From a virus (lineage: Duplodnaviria; Caudoviricetes): a DNA stretch of 45,995 nucleotides. The DNA is taken from positions 1 through 45,995 of the IMG/VR virus record IMGVR_UViG_3300048995_000005, one strand, 5' to 3'. The notes under the pieces are model-generated. The model was not told the DNA's origin and did not search any database. It was given only the letters and a program-made list of their open reading frames with translations. A program made the position numbers and the translations under genes. Every line of letters starts with the position of its first letter. Position 1 is the stretch's first letter. Positions 27,301-35,459 of this stretch are shown piece by piece.

Positions 27301-29284
27301 CGTACCCCGTGCGACTGGCCATGGTGGCCGCGCCCACGCGCGCGACCTGACCGAGCAGGTCATCGGAGAGCACGCGGGGGATGTAGCCCAGCCTGAACAG
27401 CGTGGCGAACTTCCACAGGTGCGACAGGCCATCGAGGCCGTCGATGATCCAGTCGGGGTTACCGACCCGTGATGTACGGATGCCCTTGAGCATCGAGGCG
27501 TTGCGCGCCAGCGTCTTGTTCAGGGCCGGGAGGTCGATCAGAACCTGATCGTTGGCCAGCTTGGTGACCATGTTCGGGTGGGGGCGCAGGATCGCGCCGT
27601 CCTCGCCCTGGAACAGGTCGGCAGTGGTGCGCTCATCGCCGAAGTTCGCGCCGGAGTAGCGGCGCAGCTCATCCTGGCCATGGCTGATGTTGGCCCGGTA
27701 CTCGCGGTACAGGGCCATGCCTTCGTCGTAGGTGAAGCCGTGCTTCTGCGCGACCTTGATGACGCCCAGGCGCTGGATCTCGTCCAACTGCTGGATGCGC
27801 TCGCCCTCGGTCGCAGTCTTGAGGTACTGGTTCACCAGGCTGGCGCGGATGTCCGAGCCGATGCCCGGGATGCGGGCCACCTGGCCCCGCAGCTCGTCAA
27901 TGGCCTCGGGGTGGATGTCATCCACGGCTATCAGGCCGTTGGGGTGCGCCTCCTGGAAGGAGCGCACGAGGGTGAAGCTCTGCCCGAAGAGGTCGTTGGC
28001 GTAGATCCGCGTCTTGGCCAGGCCCTCGGCCTTGGCGGCCACCGAACCAGCGCCATCCGGTCGCGCAACGCCATGCGTCCCGAGCGCAGGGCCCGTCCTG
28101 AACAGGTTCTGCTTCGAGGTGCGCGTGTACGCGCGGCTGGCGCTGTACTTGGTGAGGTTCAGCGCGTCCAGTTCCGCGTAGTGGTCAAGCGTCTGGCTGT
28201 AGCGCTGGGCCAGGTCTTCGTCCGCCGCGATGCGGTCGCGCAGCTGGTCAGCGCGACGGGTGACAAGGGCCTCCAGGTTCGGGTTCGCCAGGGCCTGAAC
28301 CCGCGGCATGATGCCCAGCTCGATGTTCGCCAGGCGTGAGGTGTCCTGGTCCATGCGCGTGGCCGCGGCGGCGTTCTCCGTCTGGAGCTGAGCGCGGGCG
28401 TCCACGTCGCCCAGCGTCGTGCGCAGGAAGAGGTTGACCTCCTCGGGGCTCTTGAGCTGGGAGATGATGCCGCCGGCGCGGGGACCGAGGGCCGACTTGC
28501 GGAACATGCTCAGGTTGTTGATGAGCTGGGCATTGTCCTTGTTCTGCCAGAGGAAGTCCTGCGCCTTGGCCATGCGCGAGCTCTTCATCAGACTGTCGAT
28601 GTCCCCGCCCGACCAGCCCCCGGCCGGACGCGGCGTCACCACGAACTTCGTGCGGGCAGCCCCCACCGCCCGGCCGCCCAGGACCACGGGGTCCAGCCAC
28701 CAGCGGGCCGCGAAGTCGGTCGCCCCCGAGGCGTACTTGAAGAAGGAGCTGTCCCTGCGCATCGCCTCAACGTCGCGGTTGCCGATGACCGGCATGCCCG
28801 CCTTCTTCAGCGCGTTCTGCTGCTCGTCCTCGGACATGTCCTTCCAGTCCGGCGGCAGGTAGGCCGCGCCCGGGGTGGCGTACAGCGGACGGTCCTTGAG
28901 GATCTGCTCCACTTCGCCGTGGTTGGCCCAGAAGGCCTGACCGGGGCTCACGTGGTTCGCAACGTGCCAGGCCTTGGCCCAGGCGCTGCCGCTGAGCAGC
29001 TCGCCCACGCCCTTGCTCTCCGCGTGCGTGCCCGCGAGCAGGAAGGTGCTCATGGGCTGGCTGACGCCGTTGTCGTACAGCCAGGCCATGCCGTGCATCG
29101 CCTTCTCGATCGGCATCGAGCCGGGCTTGAGGAAGTTGTTCTCGATGAACTTGCCGGTGCCCGAGGGCTTGTCATCGAGGTTGGCGGCCCAGTCGATTCC
29201 GGCGCCCACGTAGGTACCGACGATGGGGACCATCAAGGCCCCATCGCGGACGTTCTTGAGGAAGCCGCCCCATCCGTCGCCCAT
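24398..29284 (-). CDS. Large (1628 aa) internal virion/DNA ejection protein
   Basis: Size, helical composition, TLFRLGY and FMSPF motifs; podovirus-type context. Confidence 0.7.
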   Translation of the reverse strand: MGDGWGGFLKNVRDGALMVPIVGTYVGAGIDWAANLDDKPSGTGKFIENNFLKPGSMPIEKAMHGMAWLYDNGVSQPMSTFLLAGTHAESKGVGELLSGSAWAKAWHVANHVSPGQAFWANHGEVEQILKDRPLYATPGAAYLPPDWKDMSEDEQQNALKKAGMPVIGNRDVEAMRRDSSFFKYASGATDFAARWWLDPVVLGGRAVGAARTKFVVTPRPAGGWSGGDIDSLMKSSRMAKAQDFLWQNKDNAQLINNLSMFRKSALGPRAGGIISQLKSPEEVNLFLRTTLGDVDARAQLQTENAAAATRMDQDTSRLANIELGIMPRVQALANPNLEALVTRRADQLRDRIAADEDLAQRYSQTLDHYAELDALNLTKYSASRAYTRTSKQNLFRTGPALGTHGVARPDGAGSVAAKAEGLAKTRIYANDLFGQSFTLVRSFQEAHPNGLIAVDDIHPEAIDELRGQVARIPGIGSDIRASLVNQYLKTATEGERIQQLDEIQRLGVIKVAQKHGFTYDEGMALYREYRANISHGQDELRRYSGANFGDERTTADLFQGEDGAILRPHPNMVTKLANDQVLIDLPALNKTLARNASMLKGIRTSRVGNPDWIIDGLDGLSHLWKFATLFRLGYIPRVLSDDLLGQVARVGAATMASRTGYGVKNLATNLFHWKPSSHYAGAEAAAREGIRYADDEVKALQPTADRLRETIAQREAVHKTDLSRAKGRASRAQAKLAAMDPAADAVKHAAMQQLVSKLDKGVTTAESRLAGHSPLRKQRLADLDDQLAELASHRDLHVSAAEAAKQARMRGLRQSSQLYKQTEVAPGVVLPPALGGKQGEYYMKMISSDDSLRTLLQRNKQMIHSNLQRAYGNTAAAPISYPGNENLFVQAWDKAINHQIMQDEFATRAVKGASINDMAQWLRRTPAGRAYRKRLGIKYDTPERIAASVWHEVDEYMPAGSGIREAALKGEADQELLTEAAKGGIYPQYVHSAQLGEALAGTNSATRAMDRVVDWWYKWAASQPADRMSRHPLFNQLYEGHARAIAGQELKQGVKISQKDADRIAETARRLALKDTRKLVFDIAHRSDAGAMLRFMSPFYAATTEAWQRWARIIADRPQTVGYASIFFNGPVAQGWMQDQDGNVLNKDGTVRVWDEKANRLVPRFVPKSERQIMARVPKFIADGPIGKIWGMDSSGNWKISQDSMNLITQGDPWFNPGTGPIVSIPASMLVKDKPKQAELLRHLGVLPFGPTPGGITDTLVQQSVPAYARNFLTAFDTSDDRYQRIKLQIMQKAAYEHANLGKPMPSAQEIADRTRNYWMFSAVSAWTQPFSTQKPDQYQFYRDQYNALRRKNPLTADEEFLKRFDESYFIFAQASTENAGGVPATKKAAELTQKYAGLIAKNPDLAALIVGPEGNGPFSPEAYAYQLSTPLTPGGAEMQRTHLSADDAMKENQRRLGWAKFTQLSNAITAQMHSAGYDSFEDAGAEQFKSMRSAISKLLGNPLLPDGSQNPYYNEQWSRDFYTIDAKRYDRMIPGLTAVAHSDLAQLKNRSDLRKLQEYLGYRKALTTTLAQRDKAGGSAMLAAKSNTDLATAWGRIVDGLVESDTRFGDLFHRYLSRDLGMNMEEA

Positions 29285-29475
29285 CAGACCCCCGGCTCAG
29301 CGAGGGACGTCTCCGAGGGGTAGACGTCAATGGGCGTCGGCGCGGCCTGAAGGCCGAACGCGAGGTCATAGCCGACGTGATCAGGGTTCGCGCCGTTCAG
29401 GGCCATGTCGACGGCCAGGGCCGGCGTGTCGCCGAAGAAGTCGACCATGTTGCCGACGCTCTGCCACCAGTCCAC
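29284..29475 (-). CDS. Hypothetical protein
   Basis: GGAGG RBS; coupled overlaps. Confidence 0.6.
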   Translation of the reverse strand: MDWWQSVGNMVDFFGDTPALAVDMALNGANPDHVGYDLAFGLQAAPTPIDVYPSETSLAEPGV

Positions 29476-29627
29476 TACGACCTCCGCTCGATCCGCTGGA
29501 GAGCGAAGAAGATCGCGGGCTCGGTCACGCCGAACTCCTCGGCGATGGCCTTCAGCGTCATGCCGTGGTCCCGCATGACGCGGATCTTCGTCAGGTCCGC
29601 ACTGGAGAGCTTGTTCTTCTCGCCCAT
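29475..29627 (-). CDS. 50-aa helix-turn-helix protein (too short for the ORF track)
   Basis: MGEKNKLSSADLTKIRVMRDHGMTLKAIAEEFGVTEPAIFFALQRIERRS; exactly fills the gap. Confidence 0.75.
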   Translation of the reverse strand: MGEKNKLSSADLTKIRVMRDHGMTLKAIAEEFGVTEPAIFFALQRIERRS

Positions 29628-30085
29628 CACGCCATCCCCTTCAGCCCGCGGACCAGGTTCCGGGCGGCCTTCGAACTGCCCGGCTGGTTCGCCATGTGCT
29701 CGAAGACCGGGAGCCAGGCCACCAGGCGGCGCATGTCCTCGTCCGGCTGATTGGGCAGACCCAGAGCCTCCGGACCCGGCCCGTCACCCATGGGCGCGCC
29801 AGCCGTGACCGGCGTGTCCGGCTGCTGCGTGGGCTGGTCGAAGCCCACAACATTGGCGTCCACCGGCGCACCCTGTGGCGCGCCGACGTCCCCGCCCGGA
29901 TCGGCCGCGAGCGGGGCCGCCTGCTGCATCTGCTCCAGCGCCTGACGCTCCCCGTACTTCCCGCCCGAGGGCGCGCGCACGGGCTGGCTGCCGCCGCCCT
30001 GTGGGCCGTCCGTACGGCGCGACAGAGCCCCCGGCCCGCTGACGGGGGCCGGGTTGCTGGGCTGTCGGTAACCGCCGGAGGCCAT
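29627..30085 (-). CDS. Hypothetical virion protein
   Basis: GGYRQPSNPAPVSGPGALSRRTDG. Confidence 0.75.
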   Translation of the reverse strand: MASGGYRQPSNPAPVSGPGALSRRTDGPQGGGSQPVRAPSGGKYGERQALEQMQQAAPLAADPGGDVGAPQGAPVDANVVGFDQPTQQPDTPVTAGAPMGDGPGPEALGLPNQPDEDMRRLVAWLPVFEHMANQPGSSKAARNLVRGLKGMA

Positions 30086-30088
30086 GGC

Positions 30089-30322
30089 CTACTTCGCCTT
30101 GTTGCTGTCGTTGCTGCCCGTGGTCGGGTGCCCCGGCTGGAGGCTGGTGCTGGCCCAGCCGACGATGTTGCCGGTGGTGTCGTTGGCGCCACCCATCGAG
30201 TTGCCGGAGTTGTCGCCCGACATGGGCATCTGGGTGTTCGGTGTCTCCATGCCGCCCTTCTGGGACGCCATGGGCTGGCTTCCGCCCTCGTGGTACGGGT
30301 CGCCGCTGAGTCCGTCGCTCAC
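30089..30322 (-). CDS. Hypothetical low-complexity protein
   Basis: GTGA coupling. Confidence 0.6.
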   Translation of the reverse strand: MSDGLSGDPYHEGGSQPMASQKGGMETPNTQMPMSGDNSGNSMGGANDTTGNIVGWASTSLQPGHPTTGSNDSNKAK

Positions 30323-30537
30323 TTCTTGCTCCCTGTCTTGTGGTCGTCGCAGTACTTCGTGGGCCGGGGGCCCTTGCTGACCGCACGGGGGTTCGTGCAG
30401 CCGTCCTTGATGCACTCGCTCTCACGGGTGCGTTCGCGCTCGACCGGCTCGACCACCGGGAACACGGCCTCGCAGCCAAGCCAATGGGTCTGCTGGCCGT
30501 CCTCAGGCGGACGCCCGCAGGTCTCGCAGTTCGTCAC
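30319..30537 (-). CDS. Small Cys/His protein
   Basis: CETC..HWLGC..C..GC..YCDDH. Confidence 0.6.
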   Translation of the reverse strand: MTNCETCGRPPEDGQQTHWLGCEAVFPVVEPVERERTRESECIKDGCTNPRAVSKGPRPTKYCDDHKTGSKK

Positions 30538-32357
30538 GCCGGAACACTCCTCTTGACTGATGCGGATGCGCGGGGTGCGCCACCGCTGGTGAGCCCGGCG
30601 AGCAGGCTCATGACGTCGGGCTTTCCGCCCGGCCCCATCTCGGCCTGGCCCGGCGCGACGCCGCCGGGGGCGCCGGTGGTCGGATTGACACCGAAGGGCA
30701 CCCCGGGCCCGCCCTCACCCGGGCCCGGGGCACCAGGAGGCCCAGCCGCGGACATGGCGGACGCAGGCTGAGGCTCCGGCTTGAACGCGGTCAGGATCGC
30801 CTCATGCATGGGCATCTTTTCCCGGAGGTCGATCAGCTTCGCCGCGTTGGTCAGGATCATCGTCGGGTCCATGCCCTGCTGGGCCATGATCCCGATCGAG
30901 GAGAGCATGGCGAAGATCCCTTGCTTGAGGGCGTCGGTGGTCTGCTCCTTGTCGACCTCGGCCTGAAGCGACGTCACGTCGATGTCCATCGGCAACTGGC
31001 GCTGCACGAAGTCCCGGCTGACGAGCTGGTCACCGCGGAGCTGGAGAAGGAAGATCAGCGCCTGGTTCGGGTTCATCCCCGAGGCGAAGCCGTAGCTCAC
31101 GCTCACGCGGTAGTTGCCGCGGATGTCCTTGGCCGGGGTGTACGTCTCCTCGAAGGGCGTGCCGTTGATGACGCCGCTGATGCTCTTCTTCGAGTCCGGC
31201 CAGAACTTCTCATCCATCTCGAAGGCCAGCTCCAGCGCCCGCTGGAGCGCGTCACCGATCATGAGCTGGCCGGTGGCCACCTGGATGTCATAGCCGCCGT
31301 TCAGGGCGTTGACGCCCTGGCCGGTGATGATCGAGGCGTGAACGTCGCCGGTGGCGCTGGCCGGCGTGCGCGTCCCGCGCATCACCTCTTCCTGAAGCAG
31401 GGCATCCTGCTGCCAGGCGGCCTGAGGCATGTCCGTACCCACGCGCCGGATCTTCTCCGGGCTGTTCGTGCGGATCACCGCATCGTCGCCGAAGGGAATT
31501 TTTTGGACATCGGTCGGAATGGCCAAGGGGGCCCTGACCGTCTGCTGCGTGGCCTGAAGGCCCAGCATCGCCATCCGGTTGCGCGCGAGCATCGGCCAGA
31601 CCACGTCATCGAACTGGCCGCGGTCCTGGTCGTCCCAGGGGGGCTTCTGGCCGACGGCAACGGGGACCTTGCCGAAGGCGTTCGGCGTCTCCAGGAGAAC
31701 TAGGTTCCGGCGCTCCGGCATGTAGAGGACGTACGAGTTGGCGTCGCAGAACTTGACGAGCTCAAGCTCCGTATCGCCGGTCGTCTGCTGGCCGAAGGGC
31801 CGGTCCCGGCCGAGGATCGCGGCCTCGTGCTCGGGGAACTTCGCCGCGAGCTGGCGGGCAGCCTCGCGCCAGACCTTCGTGTACGAGCGGACGTCGCCAT
31901 TGAGGCTGTACTCGACGTACGACTTCATCGGGTTGTCGATGCGCAGCCGCGGACGGCCGTTCTCGAAGTCCGGCTCCACCACGATCGGCATCGAGCCGTA
32001 CGTCAGGTACCAGTCACACCCGGTCGGCATGTGCTTCTTGAGGTGCGACTCCGTGATGTACGAGTACGCGATCTTCGTCTTCTTCGCCACGAAGCGCTTC
32101 TGCCGCTCCGAATTCATCACGCCAGAGGCGCAGTTGATCGACGGCAGCGGGGCCAGGTTCTCCGCGAGCTGGCGCGCCGCGGTGTCGATGGCGTTCGCCG
32201 TGATCGGACGCGGCCAGGCGTCCGGCATCGAGCCCGGCGCAATGTTGTCGATCTTCTGCGCGCGGGCGTCAGTGATCGTCTGATGCCGTGCGTCACGCTC
32301 CTGGGCATCACGGCGGAGAGCCTCCACCCGGGCCGATATCTGCGCAATGTCCGCCAT
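30534..32357 (-). CDS. Portal protein
   Basis: ~607 aa after the terminase; GGAGG RBS; portal-like helical/beta pattern with a Pro/Gly tail. Confidence 0.82.
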   Translation of the reverse strand: MADIAQISARVEALRRDAQERDARHQTITDARAQKIDNIAPGSMPDAWPRPITANAIDTAARQLAENLAPLPSINCASGVMNSERQKRFVAKKTKIAYSYITESHLKKHMPTGCDWYLTYGSMPIVVEPDFENGRPRLRIDNPMKSYVEYSLNGDVRSYTKVWREAARQLAAKFPEHEAAILGRDRPFGQQTTGDTELELVKFCDANSYVLYMPERRNLVLLETPNAFGKVPVAVGQKPPWDDQDRGQFDDVVWPMLARNRMAMLGLQATQQTVRAPLAIPTDVQKIPFGDDAVIRTNSPEKIRRVGTDMPQAAWQQDALLQEEVMRGTRTPASATGDVHASIITGQGVNALNGGYDIQVATGQLMIGDALQRALELAFEMDEKFWPDSKKSISGVINGTPFEETYTPAKDIRGNYRVSVSYGFASGMNPNQALIFLLQLRGDQLVSRDFVQRQLPMDIDVTSLQAEVDKEQTTDALKQGIFAMLSSIGIMAQQGMDPTMILTNAAKLIDLREKMPMHEAILTAFKPEPQPASAMSAAGPPGAPGPGEGGPGVPFGVNPTTGAPGGVAPGQAEMGPGGKPDVMSLLAGLTSGGAPRASASVKRSVPA

Positions 32358-32394
32358 GACCACCTCCTGCCGGGAAAATGTACGTCCTGTACAG

Positions 32395-33138
32395 CTACTT
32401 CTGCGCCCGCAAGGCCTTGACGGCCGCTTCGAGGGCGGCCACACGCTGCTCCAGCGTCAGCTTCACCTTGACGACCACGCCGCCCCACTTGCCGGCCGGG
32501 AGGGCCAGGCATGCGGCAACGTCCTTGCGGAGCTTGGGCATCGGGACGCCCTTGGGGTCCGACTTCCAGTCCGACCACTCCAGGTGGCCGATGATGCTCT
32601 TGCCCTTCAGGCCCCAGTTGTCGCCCTTCGCGCGGTGCGCGCGGATGATGGCGGCCTGCACCTTGACGATGGCCACGTACTGCGCGGCAGGCCAGGTCTC
32701 CTTGCCGTCGCCGCGGTTGACGCACTCCCAGCCGTAGAAGTGGCTGTTGCCGTCCACGGCACCCGAGCTGCCTTCGTGCTCGTGCGTGGCGGGCGGGAAG
32801 TCGCCGTAGTTCTCCTCGGTCACCGCGGCCAGGACTCGGGGGTCACCGCCCCCGGCGTGGTTCGCGCGGCCGTTGGCCGTCAGGTAGACGTCGCCCTTCT
32901 TGCCGATGACGCCCGTGGCCAGCGGCCCCGGAAGGGCGGAGCTGCCGGACCAGATGTAGCCGAGGATCTGCGCCTCGGAGACGTACGGGCCGGTGTGGTG
33001 CACGACGGAGCCGTTCACCGGCCCCCAGCCGCCGTGACCGGCGCGGTTGTGCGTACGCCAGCCCGCGTGCTCATGGACGGTGACGCCCTCGGCCTTGAGG
33101 GCCGCGAGGAGCTGGTCTGCCGTCAGGGGGGTGGCCAT
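32395..33138 (-). CDS. Endolysin, N-acetylmuramoyl-L-alanine amidase
   Basis: VVHHT..NHAG..GN..FYGWECVN..IIGHLEW..KSDP. Confidence 0.9.
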   Translation of the reverse strand: MATPLTADQLLAALKAEGVTVHEHAGWRTHNRAGHGGWGPVNGSVVHHTGPYVSEAQILGYIWSGSSALPGPLATGVIGKKGDVYLTANGRANHAGGGDPRVLAAVTEENYGDFPPATHEHEGSSGAVDGNSHFYGWECVNRGDGKETWPAAQYVAIVKVQAAIIRAHRAKGDNWGLKGKSIIGHLEWSDWKSDPKGVPMPKLRKDVAACLALPAGKWGGVVVKVKLTLEQRVAALEAAVKALRAQK

Positions 33139-33353
33139 CAGGCACCTGCCCGGGCAATCGCGGCGTTGGCCCAGAACATGACCTCTTCGAGCTTGGTCAT
33201 GACGACGGCCTTCTCCCGGCCCTCCGGGAGCGCCTCGTTCAGTGAGTCGGCCAGCTGGCGGCACTGTTGCCGCACGCTGGTGTGCTCATCCCGCTTCTCC
33301 TGCGTTGCTGCCGCGTGGAACGCGAAGCGATGCTCGATGTCCAAGGGGTCCAT
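33138..33353 (-). CDS. Acb2/Tad1-hairpin-like protein (candidate anti-defence nucleotide sponge)
   Basis: IEHRFAFH...LPEGREKAVVMTKLEEVMFWANAAIAR. Confidence 0.7.
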   Translation of the reverse strand: MDPLDIEHRFAFHAAATQEKRDEHTSVRQQCRQLADSLNEALPEGREKAVVMTKLEEVMFWANAAIARAGA

Positions 33354-33360
33354 GTCTCTC

Positions 33361-35289
33361 CTACCAGTCCAAGGCGCCGTTCCAGGCGCCCGCGCCCTGC
33401 TGTTGCAGGGCAAAGTCGATGTCCACGACCATCTGTCCGGCCTGGTCGCGCTCCGAGCTGAACTCGCTGGTCTGCATGTGCCAGCCGGAGAAGTCGCTCA
33501 CCATCAGGTCGCGGCAGCGGATCTCCGCGAACCAGAAGGCCATGACGATGTCCGTGAGCCCCTTGGTCTCCGGCATCCAGGAGACGAACTGCTCCACCAG
33601 CGCCTTCATCGACTCGGACTGCGTCCGCGACGGCAGGCGGATCAGGTTCGCGTTCTCGCGCCAGCCCTCGAAGAGGGTGCTCATGCTCGCGACGCCGAAG
33701 TCCGGGTCCCACTTGTTGCTGTTGGTGTGGTGCGGGCTGATCAGACAGCCGCGGGCCGAGAGGAACGTACGGATCAGCTGGTCCTGGACGATCGACGCCT
33801 GGTAGGCGTTCTTCTCCACCCGCCACTCGGATATCCCGTAGCGCTCGGTCAGGCGCTCGATCTCCGCACGCATCTCGTGCGGCGGCATGGCGCGCTTGTT
33901 CACCACATCCAGTAGCCACCGCACACCGGTGCGGCGGTCCAGCCCCAGCACCACCATCGCCGTGAACCCGGCCGCCGCCGGGTCCAGGCCCCCCACGACG
34001 AGGAGGCCGTCCATCCCGTAGGGGCGGTGCTGAGGCTGGCCGTCGAACATCCGGCCGGGATAGCGGGCGCGGTCGGTACAGCCGTCAATATCGACCTGCT
34101 TGAAGGTCGAGTTCTCGGCCACCTGGTCCTGCATGTAGACGAGCGACCAGTTGCGCGGGCTCATCTTCCGCCGCTTGCGGGAGAGGGCCGGACCGTCCCA
34201 CATCGGCCACAGGCCGTCCTCATCCTGCGAGACGAGCTTGCGGGCCGTGATGGTGACCGGCGGCCGGTTCGTCTTCGGCCACAGCGTCACCCAGTCCTTC
34301 GGGTCCTCCGCGGACTCCAGGACGGCCGGCTGAGTCAGGTACGTCCAGGGCGACTCGCCCTCGGTGTAGTACTGCGGCTTGAGGATCTCGGAGTAGAGGT
34401 CCGTCGTCTCCATGCGGGTGCCGATCAGCAGCATGCGCCCGCCGGCGTCCGCCACGCGCGAGCCCACCTGGTTCTGAATCCAGGTGATCTGGTTCTCGAA
34501 CTGGCTGAAGTTCGTGTGGTCAACGCAGTCGTCCATGATCGCGAGATCACAGCGCGAGCCGTAGATGTGGCCCCCGATGCCCACCGCTTGGACGGTGGGG
34601 TCCTTCTCGCCCGAGTCCCGGCCGGCCACATAGATCTTGTCGGCGCTCCACGAGGCGGAGCCCTCCGAGAAGCCGCCAGGCGGGCCGAAGGCCTGCTGCA
34701 AGTCGATGTACGTCTCCGACTCGGCCAGGCGCTCCTTGATCTGGAGCAAGAACTTCTTCGCCATGTCCTGCGTCTTGGAGATCAGCAGGATGCGGACGTT
34801 GGGGTCCTGGCAGATGCGCCACACCACATAGTTCGTGGTGAGCGTCGTCGACTTCGCGTGCTCCGGGGGCGTGTTGACGACGATCTGGTCGTCGTCCCCG
34901 CGGATGTAGCGCTGGCGCGGGTGCAGCCCGCGGGGCTCCTTGCCCTCCAGCAGGTCGAACCACTGCAAGTGGTGCCAGAAGAGCTGGGTGTTCAGGTACT
35001 TCTGGCAGAACTCCGGGAAGTCGGGGACTTCCTTGCGCTCCCCCTTGGCCTTCTCCACGTTGGACTGCAAGGCCCGGTCGATCAGGTCCCGGAAGTCCGG
35101 GTCCTTCTTGCGGTAGTAGTCGTACGTGCTGCGCACGCACCCGGCCTGGATGCAGCCCTCCGCGATCGTGTGCCCCATGCGCACGGTCGCCAGGATGATG
35201 TTCTTGCGGTCCTGGGAGGACGCCTGGCTGATGCGGCGGTCGCGGGGCTTCGCCAGCGACCCGTCCTTGTCGACCCGAAGCCGCGCCAT
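33361..35289 (-). CDS. terL: Terminase large subunit with an N-terminal HTH
   Basis: PPEHAKST Walker A, GSRCDLAIMDD, IGTR, GLDPA nuclease motif, VEKNAYQ, TDIVMAFWF. Confidence 0.93.
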   Translation of the reverse strand: MARLRVDKDGSLAKPRDRRISQASSQDRKNIILATVRMGHTIAEGCIQAGCVRSTYDYYRKKDPDFRDLIDRALQSNVEKAKGERKEVPDFPEFCQKYLNTQLFWHHLQWFDLLEGKEPRGLHPRQRYIRGDDDQIVVNTPPEHAKSTTLTTNYVVWRICQDPNVRILLISKTQDMAKKFLLQIKERLAESETYIDLQQAFGPPGGFSEGSASWSADKIYVAGRDSGEKDPTVQAVGIGGHIYGSRCDLAIMDDCVDHTNFSQFENQITWIQNQVGSRVADAGGRMLLIGTRMETTDLYSEILKPQYYTEGESPWTYLTQPAVLESAEDPKDWVTLWPKTNRPPVTITARKLVSQDEDGLWPMWDGPALSRKRRKMSPRNWSLVYMQDQVAENSTFKQVDIDGCTDRARYPGRMFDGQPQHRPYGMDGLLVVGGLDPAAAGFTAMVVLGLDRRTGVRWLLDVVNKRAMPPHEMRAEIERLTERYGISEWRVEKNAYQASIVQDQLIRTFLSARGCLISPHHTNSNKWDPDFGVASMSTLFEGWRENANLIRLPSRTQSESMKALVEQFVSWMPETKGLTDIVMAFWFAEIRCRDLMVSDFSGWHMQTSEFSSERDQAGQMVVDIDFALQQQGAGAWNGALDW

Positions 35290-35334
35290 GCCACCTCCGC
35301 CCGCCCAGGGCCCCTTGGGGGCCAGCAGCAGGCG

Positions 35335-35365
35335 AGAGTAAGCGTGCTAGCACTTTTCTGCTAGT
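35335..35365 (-). promoter_or_regulatory. Putative late promoter (ACTAGC-N8-GCTAGC-N5-TACTCT)
   Basis: Aligns without gaps to 19545-19575. Confidence 0.7.
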
Positions 35366-35399
35366 AGTACGGAATTCAACTTCCCAGGGCTCCGGAAAA

Positions 35400-35421
35400 T
35401 CTTTGTAGGAACCTACAAAGA
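35400..35421. promoter_or_regulatory. Perfect inverted repeat, operator-like
   Basis: TCTTTGTAGG-AA-CCTACAAAGA. Confidence 0.55.
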
Positions 35422-35459
35422 CGACACGCCGTGCGGATTTGCTTTTTGCCCCGATTGAT

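Noticed and set aside
24398-29284. Tape measure protein
   Set aside because: No tail tube or chaperone genes and no TMP periodicity seen; its position between portal and scaffold fits a podovirus ejection protein
12545-35364. Long + strand ORFs (e.g. 24386-26200, 32347-33915, 34027-35364) and long - strand ORFs in 2-10 kb
   Set aside because: Antisense shadows of high-GC genes, with no motifs or RBS
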